A stretch of 63,471 bases of DNA, filler included, from Chiloscyllium plagiosum (taxonomy: Eukaryota), in assembly GCF_004010195.1 (NCBI RefSeq). It is 3 parts of one record of this genome, joined end to end, with 100 filler letters (N's around TTAATTAATTAA, not from the genome) between each part and the next. Parts side by side here need not be neighbours in the genome. Positions count along the whole stretch, not along the records: positions 1 to 25,350 come from NC_057716.1; 2 more parts are not named here. The stretch is one strand, 5' to 3'. Below the pieces are notes generated by a model. That model did no database searches. It had not been told where the DNA came from and was given only the letters and a program-made list of their open reading frames with translations. This document shows positions 1 through 13,233 of this stretch, one piece after another (positions within the stretch are counted from its first letter, which is position 1; each line of letters starts with the position of its first letter). The position numbers and the translations under genes are program-made.

Positions 1-84
1 GATGCTGCCTGACCTGCTGCGCTTTTCCAGCAACACATTTTCAGCTCTGATCTCCAGCATCTGCAGTCCTCACTTTCTCCTCCA

Positions 85-1170
85 AATCATTTATGTAAAT
101 TACAAAAAGTAGAGGCCCCAGCACCGATCCTTGTGGCACTCCACTGGTCACAGGCCTCCAGTCTGAAAAACAACCCTCCACCACCTTTTCGAATACATGT
201 ACATCCTGTCCCTCAGGATTCCCTCCAACTACTTGCCCACCACCAACATCAGGCTCACTGGTCTATAGTTCCCTGGCTTGTCCTTACCACCCTTCTTAAA
301 CAGCGGCACCACGTTTGCCAACCTCCCCTCTTCCGGTACCTTACCTGTGACTATCGATGATACAAATATCTTAGCAAGAGGCCCAGCAGTCACTTCTCTA
401 GCTTCCCACAGAGTTCTTGGGTACACCTGTTCAGATCCTGGCGAATTATCCACCTTTACATCCAGCACTCTGTAATATAGACATTTTGCAAGATGTCACC
501 ATGTATTTCCCTACAGTCTCTATTTTCCATTTCCTTTTCCACACTAAATACTGATGCAAAATATTCATTTAGTATCTCCCCATTTTCTGTGGCTCCACAG
601 AAAGGCTGCCTTGCTGATCTTTGAGGGGCTGTATTCTCTCCCTAGTTACCCTCTTGTCCTTAATGTATTTGTAAGAACTCTTTGGATTCTCCTTAATTCT
701 ATTTGCCATAAACTATCTCATGTCCCCGTTTTGCCCTCCTGATTTCCTTTTAAGTATACTCCTACTTCCTTTATACTCTTCTGCGGATTCATTTGATCTA
801 TCCTGTCTATACCTTATATGTGCTTCCTTCTTTGTCTTAACCAAACCGTCAATTTCTTTCGTCACCCAGCATTCCCTATGGCTACCAGCCTTTCCTTTCA
901 TCCTGACAGGAATATACTTTCTCTGGATTCTCGTTATCTCATTTCTGAAGGCTTCCCATTTTCCAGCCGTCCCTTTACCTGCGAACATCTGCCCCCAATC
1001 AGCTTTCGAAAGTTCTTGTCTAATACCGTCAAAATTGGCCTTTCTCCAATTTAAACTTCAGCTTTTAGATCTGGTCTATCCTTTTCCATCACTATTTTAA
1101 ATCTAATAGAAGTATTGTCGCTGGCCCCAAAGTGGTCCCCCAATGTCACCTCAGTCACCTGCCCTGCCAA
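85..1170 (-). mobile_element. CR1 LINE ORF2 fragments
   Basis: Minus-strand ORFs include [23 protein letters not shown] and KWEAFRNEITRIQRKYIP. Confidence 0.9.
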
Positions 1171-3353
1171 GCTCTTCATCAGGAATTCCTAGTGAAGAGC
1201 TAAGCCCAAAACATTGACTCTCTTGCTCCTCAGATGCAGCCTGACTAGCTGTGCTTTTCTAGCACCACACTCTCAACTCTGATCTCCAGCATCTGCAGTC
1301 CTCACTTTCTCCCTCTGGAGCAAGGATGTCTTGCTGCAATTATACAGGACATTAGTGAGACCACACCTGGAGTATTGGGTGCAGTTTTGTCTCCTTATCT
1401 GAGGAAGGATGTTCTTGTTAGATGAAATTCCCCAGGCCTGGCAATATCTTCTGAAGAGTCTTATTGGGCTTTAAACATTCACTCAGTTTCTTTCTCCACA
1501 AATATTGCCAGACCTGTTGAGTTTCCCCAGAATTCTCCCTATTTGTTTCAGATTTCCAGCATCTAGTATTTTGCCCTTAAACTGTTTTGTTGTCCTCTAC
1601 AGGGGAATGAATGTTGGTCAAGCCATTTAGGGTAACCACCATACTCTCCTGTGACATGATGTCATGGCAACCTTTAAATCTATCTAAGGGAGCAGACGAG
1701 ATCTCAGCCTAACATTGTTTCAGAAAGACAGTGCTTCCAACAGTGCAGCATACCATCTGTAGGGCACTGGACCAGCCCATTTGTAATTTGGACTCAAAGC
1801 CTGCACTGGAACTTGAACCTACATTGTTTGATTCAGAGGTTGGAGAGCTACCAAGTGTCACAGTGGGAGGATAAAGGAGTCAGTCTAAAAGTCTTTTTTT
1901 TAGTAGCAGACCAGCATTTATTGCCCATTCCTAATGACCCAGAGAGCAGTTAAGAGTTAACACTTTATTGTGGTTCTGGAGTCATATCTAGCTCAGATCA
2001 GGTAAGGATGGAAGATTTACTCCCCTGAAGGGAATGAAGGACATTAGTGAACTAGATGGATCTTTACAACAATTGATGGGTTACATGGTTGTATTAAGCT
2101 AACTTTCTTTCATTCCAGATTTTTACTGAATTCAAATTTCACCATCTGCTGCAGTGGGATTCGAAACCACATCTCCAGAACATTAGCCTGAGGTTCTGGA
2201 TTACTCAAGTGACTTTACCATTCCATATGGTAGACAGCTATCAACAACACATGCAAGCAAAGTATTCCTGATTTTGAAGAAGTTACAAAGAGGTGTCATC
2301 TTGGATTCAAAACATTTACTCTGTTTTTCCCTCCCCAGTGATGCTGCCAGATTTGCTGAGATTCTCCAGCACTTGCTGGTTTTTTTGTTTCAGATTTCCA
2401 GCATTTGCCTTGTTTTGCTTTTATCTCAACCTGGCCCTTTAACTATTTAAGGTACGTTGTACATTGCAGACTGCGTACAACATTCTGAGAGTTATATTTC
2501 AGTAATGTTAACTTTATCTTCACTTACCATGGGCAGACACATGGGAACACCACCATCTCCAAGTTCCCCTCCAAACCACTCACAATCCCGACATTGAAAT
2601 ATATTGCCATTGCCTCAGTATCACTGGGTCAAATTTCTCGACCTCCCTTTCTTAATGCCATTATGGGTATACCTGTACCAAATGGATTTGTAGTGGTTCA
2701 AGAGGCAGCTCAACACTTCCTCTGCCAGGGCCACTAAGACTGGACAATAAATGCTGGCCAGGCAGTGATGCCAGCATCCCTTGAATGATTTTTGTTAAAA
2801 AACTTTACCTTCATGGTGTCTTCTGCACATCACAAAAATCATATGATATTGTTCATAGTTCAAAAATGCCTCTTAAGCCTGCCCTTTCTAATGTCTGGAA
2901 GGATTGTTGAAAGCTGTGATTTAACAAGCAAAAAGCAGCAACCCTGGAAATAAAGATGAGAACAGAAAGTACTGCAAACACACAACAGGCACTTCAAGAT
3001 TTTTAAAAAGATGAGATTCTATTGTGTGTTTCAATTTTTCCAATTTTATATATGCACTTTTGAAGATAGTGGCCTGTTGTTTATAAATGTATTTAAACAT
3101 ATCCAAATGTATGTGGGTGTTTATATATACACCTGTATGCCAAGCTTAGATGTTTTCAACCAGCTCTTGCAGATCTATTTACTTTTATTCATTGGTGGGA
3201 TGTGGGTGTTGGTAGCTGGACTATCATTTATTGCTAATCCCTTGTTGCCGTTGAGAAGGTAAAAGGTAAAGTGGATATGATAAACCTGGGACAGTCTAAC
3301 CTCCAGGTTCATCCCCAGTAGCATACCATCCTGATGTGGACATTTATCAGCTG

Positions 3354-3585
3354 AAGAGTCAAGATTAGTGTGGTGCTGGAAAAGCACAGCAGGCCAGGCA
3401 GCAACTGAGGAGCAGGAAAATCGCCATTTCAGGCAAAAGCCCTTCATCCTCATTCCTGATGATGAGATTTTGCCTGAAACGTTGATTTTTCTGCTGCTCG
3501 TTTGCTGCCTGACCTGCTGTGCTTTTCCAGCACCACTCTAATCTTGACTCTAATCTCCAGCATCCGCAGTACCCACTTCTGCCTA
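3354..3585. mobile_element. Penelope-derived hairpin mini-element (family A)
   Basis: Inverted arms GTGGTGCTGGAAAAGCACAGCAGG / CCTGCTGTGCTTTTCCAGCACCAC around degenerate hammerhead cores. Confidence 0.7.
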
Positions 3586-5989
3586 GTTGATTGATCAGCT
3601 GTCCCTTCATCATCATTGCATCAAAATCTTGGAACTTTGTACCTCCCAGCACTATGGAGGGTAGCACTTCTGCCACACAGACGGTATTGGCTCAAAAGGC
3701 AGTTCACCTCTCCCAACATCTCCAGAGTGTAACCTGTATACAAAGGTCTGAATTAGGAGCAGGGGAGGCCATTCGGCCTGTTGAGCCTGCTCCTCCATTC
3801 AGTACGATTGATTATGGCTTCAACTCCACATGATCTACATCCACCTGAAAAATATTCAATGACCCCCACCTCAGCAGCTCTCTGTGGAAAGCAGTTCCAA
3901 AAACTCAGGATTCCCTGAGCGTAAATATTGTTGTTCTTTTCATCTCTATCTTAAACGGAAGATCCCTTACTTTTAAGGGTTCATGGTGATGGGCAATAAA
4001 TGACATATTGCAATAATGAATATTTTTAAAAATGCAGAACCCACCTAGAGTTATCATCCTTTTTAAATATTACTGAAGATAATTCCCTATAGACATCCCT
4101 TTTAACTAAACTGCATTCATGACACAGATCACTTTAACACCTCAGGAAATGTACAGCACAGAAAGAGGCCAATAATGTTAGCAAGTCCTTGAACCCTTTG
4201 AGAGATGTATAGTCAGCCCAGCGTATGTGTATACTTGTTAAAATAAATGCATTAACTGTGAAAACACTACATGAGGAATCTGTAATTGTATAAGCTGCAG
4301 TAATGTATAGGCAAGCAGGTGCACCTATGCATTATATACATTCAGGAGGGATGGTTAAACTGCAAGCTGTCTTAAGGCGCAGGGTCTGCACTTCCCCTCA
4401 GCACGAGAAAAATAATTGCTTTCTAAGCAAAATAAAAAAGACCTCATCCGACCCCTCACATGACCTGACCTTCCCATTATAAAAGCATTGTCAATTTATC
4501 TCCAGCGAGCCAGATTGGTTGATAGTAAATGATCCTAAGGTTTTAAAAGATGTGCTATTAAATTCTGCCTGGCCAATCGGAGATTCTGTTCAGTTCCATG
4601 CTGTTGCCTGGTGACAGCAGACTGTCTGACAGACTGAGGAAGGAGAAGGGAGTGTTTTATTTTAGGGGGACTCATTGTCGATGCAGAGGTGTTACTGCTC
4701 GTTGGGGACTAGCACAACAAAGGACAGAGGTATCACAGGCTTCGCTGTGTCGAGCCCCTTCATTCATAACTGTGCTAAAGGCCCTCGTCCTTTTTGCTTT
4801 GCTGAAGAATCCTCTGGATTTTATTTGGACTGGACAGAACGCGCCCCTGAGCCTACAGGAGGGGAGAGACAAGGTGGTTCTGATGCTGGGAGCCCGTCGC
4901 TTGACGGTAGGATTGACTAACGAGACAGCTCTTTAATGCTGGAGCCCCGGAGAAGGTAGGAGGGCTGACTTGTGCGCCCTTGTCCGGGAGAGATACAGCT
5001 CCATGGGCAACATTTGATACAGCACAAAAGCCTCCTGCATAGTCTCCCAAAGGGTACTCCTTCAAAAACAGGCAGAATATTAACATATTTCCTAACTGCG
5101 GGAAGACAAAGATGAGGCCACAAAGTGTTAGAAATGCAGCGCAGTTCTCTTCACTACTACGTTTCCAGCTTTTATTTTTAGTCTGTTAAAGGTAATGGTC
5201 CATTGCTTATTTATAAGGGTACCTGAATATATAGTTGTGTATGACTGTGTATTCTGCAGTGTAGAAATCTGATTTTCAGCAGCTTTGGCAGATGTGGATG
5301 TGATATACCTGAGACAGTAACCTCTGACTGCAATTTTTGAAAAATATACCTGTGTATTTTATTATCATGTTAAAACATCTTCCATTACTTCTCTGCCCTG
5401 TTGCAATAATGCGTCTATTGTGATCGCTTGCTCATCTATGCAGTTTTTAATGCAGAGGCAAGCAAATGAAGAAGTAACGAGGCAAATAAAGAGGCCAGAA
5501 TTAGTTTCTAAAAGGGCGAATAGAATTTTATCTCCCCCCTCCCCCTCCACTAGTCTCAAACCTGAGAGTATGCCTTGGGGCTGCCCTGGAAAGTATTGTA
5601 TCAGCAGGAAAATCCTTATGATATCTAGGCCCAGTTCCACCAATACTTGAATCTGGCAAATAGGACGCAGTTGTGTGTGGGGCCGGGGAGTTGTGGGGGC
5701 CACAGGGTGGGAACAGAAAGTTGTTTGAATTGGTTTATTCTACTCCCAGCTCAATTTCAACTATGAGAGGGGTGTATGTATTTCCAGGCCAGAGTAAGGA
5801 CCAAATGTCCACCTTGCTCTCACACACCACCTCTGTTGCGTGTTACAACAATTATGGGGGACTCTTTTATAGAGTCATACAGTTATAAAGCATTGACACA
5901 GACCCTTCCAGTCCAACTTGTCCATTTTGACTTGATTATCCTAAATTTATCTGGCCCCATTTGCCAGCATTTGGCCAGTTCCCAATGGG

Positions 5990-6330
5990 GAAAGGCAATG
6001 GCTTAGTGGTATTATTGTGGTATAGGCTGTAGACCCAGATAATGTTCTGGGGACCTAGGTTCAAATCCCACCACAGCAGGTGGTGTAGTTTGAACTCAGT
6101 AAAATCTGGAATTAAGAGTCTAATGAAGACCATGTGTCAACTGCTGGAAAACCCCATCTGGTTCAGTAATGCCCTTTAGGGAAGGGAGCTGCCATCATTA
6201 CCTGGTCTGGCCTATATGTGACTCCAGACCCACAGCAATGTGGTTGACTCTTAACTGCCCAGATGGGCAATAAATGCTGGCCTGGCCAGTGCTGACCTCA
6301 TCCCATGAGTGAATAGTAAACAAAAAATAC
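5990..6330 (+). mobile_element. Second tRNA-derived SINE family (unnamed here)
   Basis: B-box GGTTCAAATCC and tail GATGGGCAATAAATGCTGGCC. Other copies at about 1905-2225 (-), 12525-12880 (+), 19100-19410 (-), 20450-20780 (+), 50800-51050 (+), 51860-52140 (-) and 55350-55790 (+). Confidence 0.75.
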
Positions 6331-6637
6331 CCCTCAACTCTTCCTATTCTTGTCCCCATCCAGCTGCCTTTAAAATGTTGTGATTGTATCAGCCTCCATC
6401 ACTGCCTCTGGCAGCTCATTCCACACACACCACCCTCTGCATGTTGACTAATCACAGTGATTAATCCTCACCGTTTAGTTCACAACAGAACTAGACATGA
6501 GGTAATGCAAAACCCTAGTGATGAAGAGATTTGGGAACCAAAGATGCAAAGTCACCATCCCCTTTTTAGCTTTCCCAAAGACAGCTGTGCCTGGAAGAGT
6601 GGCACATTTCATCTGAGTCTCTTATTGAAAGATACAA

Positions 6638-6950
6638 GGGGCAGCATGGTGTCTGTGGTTAGCACTACTGCCTCACAGTGGGTTCAATTCTAGCCTCGAG
6701 CAACTGTCTGTGTGGAGTTTGCACATTCTCCCTGTCTGTGTAGGTTTCCTCTGGATGCTTCAGTTTCCTCCCACAATCCAAAGATGTGCATGTTAGGTGA
6801 ATTGCCCCATAGTGTTCAGGGATGTGTAGGTTAGGTGCATTAGTCAGCAGTAAAATGTAGAGTAATCGGGTAAGGGAATGGGTCTGGTTGGGTTGCTCGT
6901 CAGAGGGTTGGTGTGGACTTGTTAGGCTGAAGGGCCTGTTTCCACACTGT
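6638..6950 (+). mobile_element. tRNA-derived SINE, HE1/V-SINE-like
   Basis: Head GTGGTTAGCACT..GGTTCAATTC, central TGTGTGGAGTTTGCACATTCTCC, and CR1-like tail GAAGGGCCTGTTTCCACACTGTA. Confidence 0.8.
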
Positions 6951-6959
6951 ATGGAGTAT

Positions 6960-7440
6960 ATGATTCTGAGAGGGCTTGTCTACGGGTATAGTGAGAAGGT
7001 GTTTCCACTAATGGTGGAATCTCTAATTAGAGGACATAGTTACAGAATAAGGGGACACATTTAAAAACTGGTAGAAAGGAATTTCTTCTCCCAGAGTCTA
7101 GTGAATGTCTGGAATTCTCCATTCCAGGGAGTTGTAGAGGCTAGATCGCAAAGTATTTAAAGAGGAGGTAGATTTTTGAAATATTGATAAGTTAAGGAGC
7201 TGGCAGGAAAGAGGATTTGGGGCATGGGGCAGATCTTTCTGATGACGGGCTCCTGCCTGAAACGTCGATTTTCCTGCTCCTCGGACGCTGCCTGACCTGC
7301 TGTGCTTTTCCAGCACCACACTGATCTAGACTCTAATCTCCAGCATCTGCAGACCTCACTTTCACCTATGGGGCAGATCTTGCCAAGGTAGGCCCGATGG
7401 GCTGAATGGACTACTCCAGCCCTTTATTCCTTATGTCCTT
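6960..7440 (+). mobile_element. CR1 LINE 3' end
   Basis: Degenerate ORF2 C-terminus (AATTTCTTCTCCCAGAG..TGGAATTCTC) and a GGGCTGAATGG-type tail. Confidence 0.65.
7238..7367 (+). mobile_element. Penelope-derived mini-element (family A) with 14-bp TSD
   Basis: TSD ATGGGGCAGATCTT at 7224-7237 and 7368-7381. The insert begins at T-CTGATGA-CGGGC(TCCT)GCCT-GAAACGTC and sits inside a CR1 3' tail. Confidence 0.8.
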
Positions 7441-7805
7441 GTGAGTCAGAAGGTGGCAGAATGGAGTCTTACTCCATAAACCAGAGTTCACACCTGTAAC
7501 TTGATTCTCCCAGCGCAGTAGTGAGGGAATGCTGCATTGCCAGGTGAAAGGGAAAATCTCAGTCCCGACTACTCTCTCACATGGAGAATTGATTATCCCA
7601 AAGCACTAGTTCAAAGAACGGCCAGGGATTTGTTTCTTATTATCCCTGAATTAACATCTCTGACAAAGCAGAGTATCTGCTAATTGCTGTTTGTGGAATT
7701 TGGCTTCTAATTTCTGACATTTTAAAAGTGCTTTATTGACTGTAAGACATAGCTGGGACTTCCTAAATTCATGAAAGACCTGGCAGAAATGCAAGTGTTC
7801 CTTCA
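7440..7805 (+). mobile_element. Ancient DeuSINE/SacSINE1-like SINE
   Basis: GAGTCAGAAGG..CAGTAGTGAGGGAATGCTGC..GCACTAGTTCAAAGAA..TTGCTGTTTGTGG..GAAATGCAAG resembles the Deu domain and tail as I recall them. Related decayed copies at about 1600-1860, 13880-14200, 52760-53060 and 61440-61780. Confidence 0.5.
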
Positions 7806-8014
7806 TTTTCCTTCTGAGTGTGCTACACCTATCAGAAGTAGCTCAATCTGTCAGGTATTGCTGTCTCCTGTTCTGATCTAAGTCAGTGTCACACCTGGGC
7901 TGTTATAGCTAACCTTAGGCCACGAAAGCTTGGAAAGGTTCCCGTTCCTGCTGTACACCTCCTGGGAAGTATAAATGGGTGAGATTGGGATTGGAACCAG
8001 TTCTAAAATGAGCT

Positions 8015-8905
8015 GAAACATAGAAGTGTAGAAAATATGTAGGAGTAGGCTATTCGGCCCTTCGAGGCCTGCACCACCACTCAACATGATCATGGCTGAT
8101 CATGCAATCTCAGTACCCCATTCCCGCTTTCTCTCCATACCTTGATCCCTTTAGCTGCAAGGGCCACGTCCAGCCCCCTCTTGTATGTATCTAACAAACT
8201 GGCCCCAACAGCTTCCTGTGGGAAGAGAATTCCACAGGTTCACAACTGAGTGAAGAAATTCTTGCTCATCTCTGTCCTGAATGGCTTATCCTTTATTCTT
8301 AGATTGTGAACCCTAGTTCGGGACTTTCCCAACATATGGCAGTCCCAGTCTGTATTTGGAAAGTTAAAATACCCTACCATATGCACCCTATTATTTTCTC
8401 AGATATGAGATCTCCCTACAAATATATTTCTCAATTTCCTGTTGGCTATTGGGGTTGTGTATAGTACAGTCCCAATAAGTTAGTCATCCCTTCCTTATTT
8501 CTCCATTCCACCAAAATAATTTCCCTGACCATATTCCTAGGAATATCTTCCCTATGCCAAAATGCTATCCCTTATCAAAAGTGCCGCTCCCCTTTCTATC
8601 CTCCCTATAGCATTTGTATCCTGAAACATTAAGCTGCCAAACCTGTCCATCCCTGAGCCCCATCTTTATAATTGCTATGATATCCCAGTCCCATGTTCCT
8701 AACCATGTCCTGAGTTCATCTACCTTCCCTGTTGGGCCCCTTGCATTGAAATAAATACAGTTTAATTTATCAGTCCTACCTCATTCTCTGCTTTGTTCCT
8801 GCCTGTCCTGACTGTTTGACTTGCTCCTTTTCCCAACTGTATCAGTCTCAGACTGATCTCTTTCCTCAATGTCTCCCCACCTTACTAGTTTAAATCCTCC
8901 CAAGC
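8015..8905 (-). mobile_element. CR1 LINE fragments (3' end plus an ORF2 5' portion)
   Basis: CR1-type tail at 8015-8330, followed by a region similar to the CR1 copy at 37400-37700 (CTGGGATATCATAGCAAT on the minus strand). Confidence 0.65.
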
Positions 8906-8935
8906 AGGATGTAGCAAACTAGGTTGTAGGAGAGG

Positions 8936-9114
8936 TAAAAACAATGACTGCAGATGCTGGAAACCAGATTCTGGATTAGATGGTGCCAGAAAAGCGCAGC
9001 TGTTCAGGCAGCATCCAAGGAGCGGGAAAATCAAAGGGCTTTTGCCCGAAACGTTGATTTTCCTGCTCCTCTGATGCTGCCTGAACTGTTGTGCTTTTCC
9101 GGCGCCACTCTAAC
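8936..9114. mobile_element. Penelope-derived hairpin mini-element (family A) with 17-bp TSD
   Basis: TSD CTAGGTTGTAGGAGAGG at 8919-8935 and 9115-9131. Fold-back arms flank AGGGCTTTTGCCCGAAACG. Confidence 0.8.
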
Positions 9115-9414
9115 CTAGGTTGTAGGAGAGGCAGGTGAACCTCTGTAGCACCTGGAAGGACTGTTTAGGGCTCTGTATGGAGGTGTGGGAGCAAACACAA
9201 TTAACATAACATAATGGCCTCCTACAGTGCTGTAACCATTGTATGGTTCATGTGGCTCAGGTGGAAGTGCATTTACTTCTGAATCAGCAGTTAGTGAGCC
9301 AAAGGACTCCTCTGAATTTTTAACCCACAGTTCTTGACTAAATGACTCAGTGGGATACTGAAGGAGTGTGGCACTATTGGAGCTGCTGTGCTTTGGATCA
9401 TATGCAAAAACTCA

Positions 9415-9560
9415 ATAGCGGATGAAGGTTTGTGTGAAGATTTGTAGCTTGGGTGCTGGTTGCAGTTGTTGTGGGTATGTTCACCAAGCTGGGAATTTGG
9501 TTTGCTGAAGTTTTGTCCCCTTTCTCGGTGACATCCTCAGTGCCATGGAGCCTCCTGTGA
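9415..9560 (-). mobile_element. Terminus of another Penelope-like family with a degenerate hammerhead
   Basis: Minus strand CA-CTGAGGA-T-GTCACC(GAGAAA)GGGGAC-AAAA at about 9511-9542; GAAA is mutated. Confidence 0.45.
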
Positions 9561-9689
9561 ACCGACACAAGTACAGCAGCACCCCTCAGGTTCTGTTGCA
9601 CCACTTTGGAGAGGACCTTTGTAAGTGGCAGAGGATACTGAGAGAATAATTCACAAGCCATATGGGGTCTTGGGCTTCAGAATGGAGGT

Positions 9690-10280
9690 TCCAAGTGCAA
9701 CCAGTAGTTTTGCACCTTTATAAAGCTCTTGGTAAAGCCACATTGGACGTACAGCGTTGTTTTTCAGGGCTGGTCACATATTTGAGGGAGAATGTGATGG
9801 TCCTTGAGAAGGCACAGAGGAGATTGACAAGAACTGTTTCAGGGGTGAGGGATTTTAGTGACAAGTTTGGAAAAGCTGATGTTGTTCTCCTTGGAGAAAG
9901 GTGGCTTAGAGGGTGGGGGGATTTGATCAGCGTGTACCAGATTGACAGGTTTAAATGCAGAAAGATTGTTTCCCCTCCTGAGAGTCTAGGACCAGAGGAC
10001 GTAATCTCTGAATCACTTAAGACAGAGATTAGGATACATTTTTCTTCTCAGATGGTTCTAAATCTATGGAATTTTTTTAACTGCAGGAGAATGTAGAGGC
10101 TGAGTCATTTAGTATATTCGAGGCTGAGATAGACTGAGATAAACAGTAAAGAAATCGAGGGTTATAGGGAAAAGGCAGGAAAGTGGAGTTGAGGATTATC
10201 AGATCAGCCATAACCTCATTGAATTGCAGAACAGACTCAATGAAATGAATGGCCTACTTCTGTTCCTGCGTCTTATGTTC
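9690..10280 (+). mobile_element. CR1 LINE 3' fragment
   Basis: LHLYKAL..LEKAQRRLTR and FSSQMVLNLWN motifs, plus a CR1 tail. Confidence 0.75.
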
Positions 10281-11622
10281 AAGATAATGTAGACAAGAAG
10301 GGCTGTTCCTAATATTTGTTAGTAGGGGATTTGGTTGTGGGAAGAGATGAAGTGGGAAATGAGAAAGAACTTTTTAATGTAGTGAGAGGTCATGACTGGG
10401 ACTGCCTGCCTGAGTGTGTGATGGAAGCGGAAATGTTCAATCATTTCGAAAGGATATTGCATGGGGAACCTGGCAGAAATAAACTTGCAGGGCAGCAAGG
10501 AGAATGTGCTTGACTGACAATTGTCCTTGCCTCAGAAGTACTTCCTTGGGCTGTGAGCTGCTGTGTATTATCCCGAAGCTGTGACAGGTGCTAGAGAAAT
10601 GCAACTCTTCCTTATTCTTTTGTGTCTCTTGGCCCACTGTCCAGTTTTGCTGATCATCAAGTGGTGTCAAAGTTTCCTTTTCACCGTAGATGTTCGTCCA
10701 GTTGTCATCTGAGCTATTTTAAAATAATTGGGATAAGAATTGGAGAGGAGATAAGGGGAATTTGCCTTCTTTAATGTAGTGTGTTGTTACGATCTGGAAG
10801 CGCTTCTAAAAGGGCATATTCGAACATGTGAATAAGCAGAGGCAACATTACCCTGCCAGCCTGCTCCGCCATTCAGTCAGATTATGGCTGTTCTGATTTT
10901 AACCACAACTCTATACTTCTGCATACTCTGCACCCCACCCCGCAATAATCTTTCCCCCTGCCTTGACAATCAAGAATCTATCTACCCTCACCTTAAAAAT
11001 AGTTAACGATTCTGCATCTACTGCCTGTTCAGGAAGGGATTTCAAAGACTCACAACCCACTGAAGAAAAAAAAATTCAGAAGTAGCTTTGAAAACCCAGT
11101 TGGATAAATTCTTGGGTTGGAGGGCAATGGGCAAAGAGTAAAACAGGTGCTCAGAAATCAAATGCTATATGCTAAAGCCTGTGTGTAATGCATGTGTCTT
11201 TTGCAGTATTTAACAAAGTTAATCACATCAATTTGCCAATCTGATTAGATGTGCTGGATGCACGGGAAGAATCAATAACTCAGCTTCTTTATCTGTTATT
11301 ACTGGTTCACATTCTTGTTGGAGCCTGGTTTGTTGATTATTTCAAGTTATTTTCCTATTATACAAATCCAAAATGCTTGACAATTCCCAGGCACAGACCT
11401 GTTAAAAGTCCCATCGATTGAATCGCGGATCTGGCTAGCCCACACCAATGATCATTTGAACTGCCCACATAACACTTCAAACTCACTCAGGAAGCAACGC
11501 TGTCACAAACCAGATACCTCAGCAATTTCCCCATCCCACCCCCAGGTGGATGGTTTGCCTTCCTCTCCTCTCCCAATAGTGACTGACATGTCCTCAGGTA
11601 CTGTACATGTGTAACCATGACT

Positions 11623-12440
11623 TAGTCATAGCGATGTACGGCACAGAAACAGACCCTGCAGCCCAACCTATCCATGCTGACCAGATTTCCTAACCTCATC
11701 TAGTCCCATTTGGTCCATATCCCTCCAATCCTTTCCTATTCATATACCCATCCAGATGCCTTTTAAATGTTGCAATTGTACCAGCCTCCACCACTTCCTC
11801 TGGCAGCTCACTCCATACATGCACCACCCTCTGTGTGGAAAAAGTTGCCCTTTAGGTCTCTTTCATATCTTTCCCCTCTCACCCTAAACTTATGCCCTCT
11901 AGTTCTGGACTTCCTCACTCCAGGGAAAAGTCCTTGTCTGTTTATCCTACCCATGCCCCTCATGATTTTATAAACCTCTATTTATATTTAAAATATTTAC
12001 AATGGTATTGCCAGGGTTGGAGGATTTGAGCTATAGGGAGAGGCTGAACAGGCTGGGGCTGTTTTCCCTGGAGCATCGGAGGCTGAGGGGTGACTTTATA
12101 GAAGTTTATAAAACCATGATGGGCATGGAATTTGTAAATAGACAGGTCTTTTCCCTGGTTTGGGTGAGTCCAGAACTAGAGGGCATAGGTTTAGGGTGAG
12201 AAGGGAAAGATTTAAAAGGGACCTGAGGGGCAAAGTTTTCAAGCAGAAGGTGGTGTGTGTATGGAATGAGCTGCCAGAGGAAGTGGTGGAGGCTGGTACA
12301 ATTACAACATTTAAAAGGCATTTGGATGGAGACATGAAAAAGAGAGATATGGACCAAGTGCTGGCAAATGGGACTAGATATCTGGTTGGCATGGACGAAT
12401 TGGACCGAAGGGTGTTTCCATGCTGTACATCTTTGACTCT
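11623..12440. mobile_element. Two CR1 3' ends in inverted orientation (minus 11623-11980, plus 12000-12440)
   Basis: Plus ORFs LSYRERLNRLGLFSLEHRRLRGD and VWNELPEEVVEAGTITTFKRHLD. The minus copy is their approximate reverse complement. Confidence 0.85.
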
Positions 12441-12971
12441 AAACATCCTAATCCCATTTTCTTGCATTTGGCCCACAGCCTTGCATGCTTGCAATTGCAA
12501 GTGCATATCTGAATAAATGTAAAGAGAGGCGATGGCCTTGTGCCATTTTTGCAGGACTGCTAACCATAGATGCAGCTAATGTTCTGGTGACCTGGGTTCA
12601 AATCCCATCATGGCAGATGGTGGAATTTGAATTCAATAAATACCCATAATTAAAGAGTCGAACGATGACCATGAATCCATTGTCGGAAAAACCCATCTGG
12701 TTCACTAATGTTCTTTAGGGAAGGAAACTGCCAACCATACCTACTCTAGTGTCCAGGTGACTCCAGACCTACAGCAATATGGTTGACTCTTAACCCTCCC
12801 CTGGGCAATTAGGGATGGGCAATAAATGCTGGCAAAGCCAGCGATAGCTCATCCCGTGAATGAATAAAGAAGAAAAAGTACTTCTTTGATGTTATGAGGG
12901 TTTCTGCCTTTGCCATCCTTAGAGGCAATGAGTTCCAGATTCCCACAACCTTTCCTCACATGCCCTCTAAA

Positions 12972-13233
12972 CGGGGTAGCACGGTGGCTGTGGTTAGCAC
13001 TGCTGCCTCACAGCACCAGGGTGCCAGGTTCGATTCCAGCCTCGGGTGACTCTGTGTGGAGTTTGCACATTCTACCCGTGTCTGCGGGGTTTCCTCTGGG
13101 TGCTCTGGTTTCCTCCCACAGTCAAAAGATATGCAGGTTAGGTGAATTGACATGCGAAATTGCCCATAGTGCTAGCTGCATTAGTCAGAGGGAAATGGGT
13201 CTGGATGGGTTATTTTTCGGAGGATCGGTGTGG
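12972..13233 (+). mobile_element. HE1/V-SINE-like SINE
   Basis: Same head and core as 6638-6950. Confidence 0.8.

Noticed and set aside
1440..1500. Further hammerhead-like remnants (also about 2275-2320, 33890-33925 and 57020-57050)
   Set aside because: Probably old Penelope termini, but the core nucleotides are too degraded to call as ribozymes.
4598..4936. 112-aa plus-strand ORF
   Set aside because: No recognisable family, including MYLK/telokin, and no supporting exon structure.
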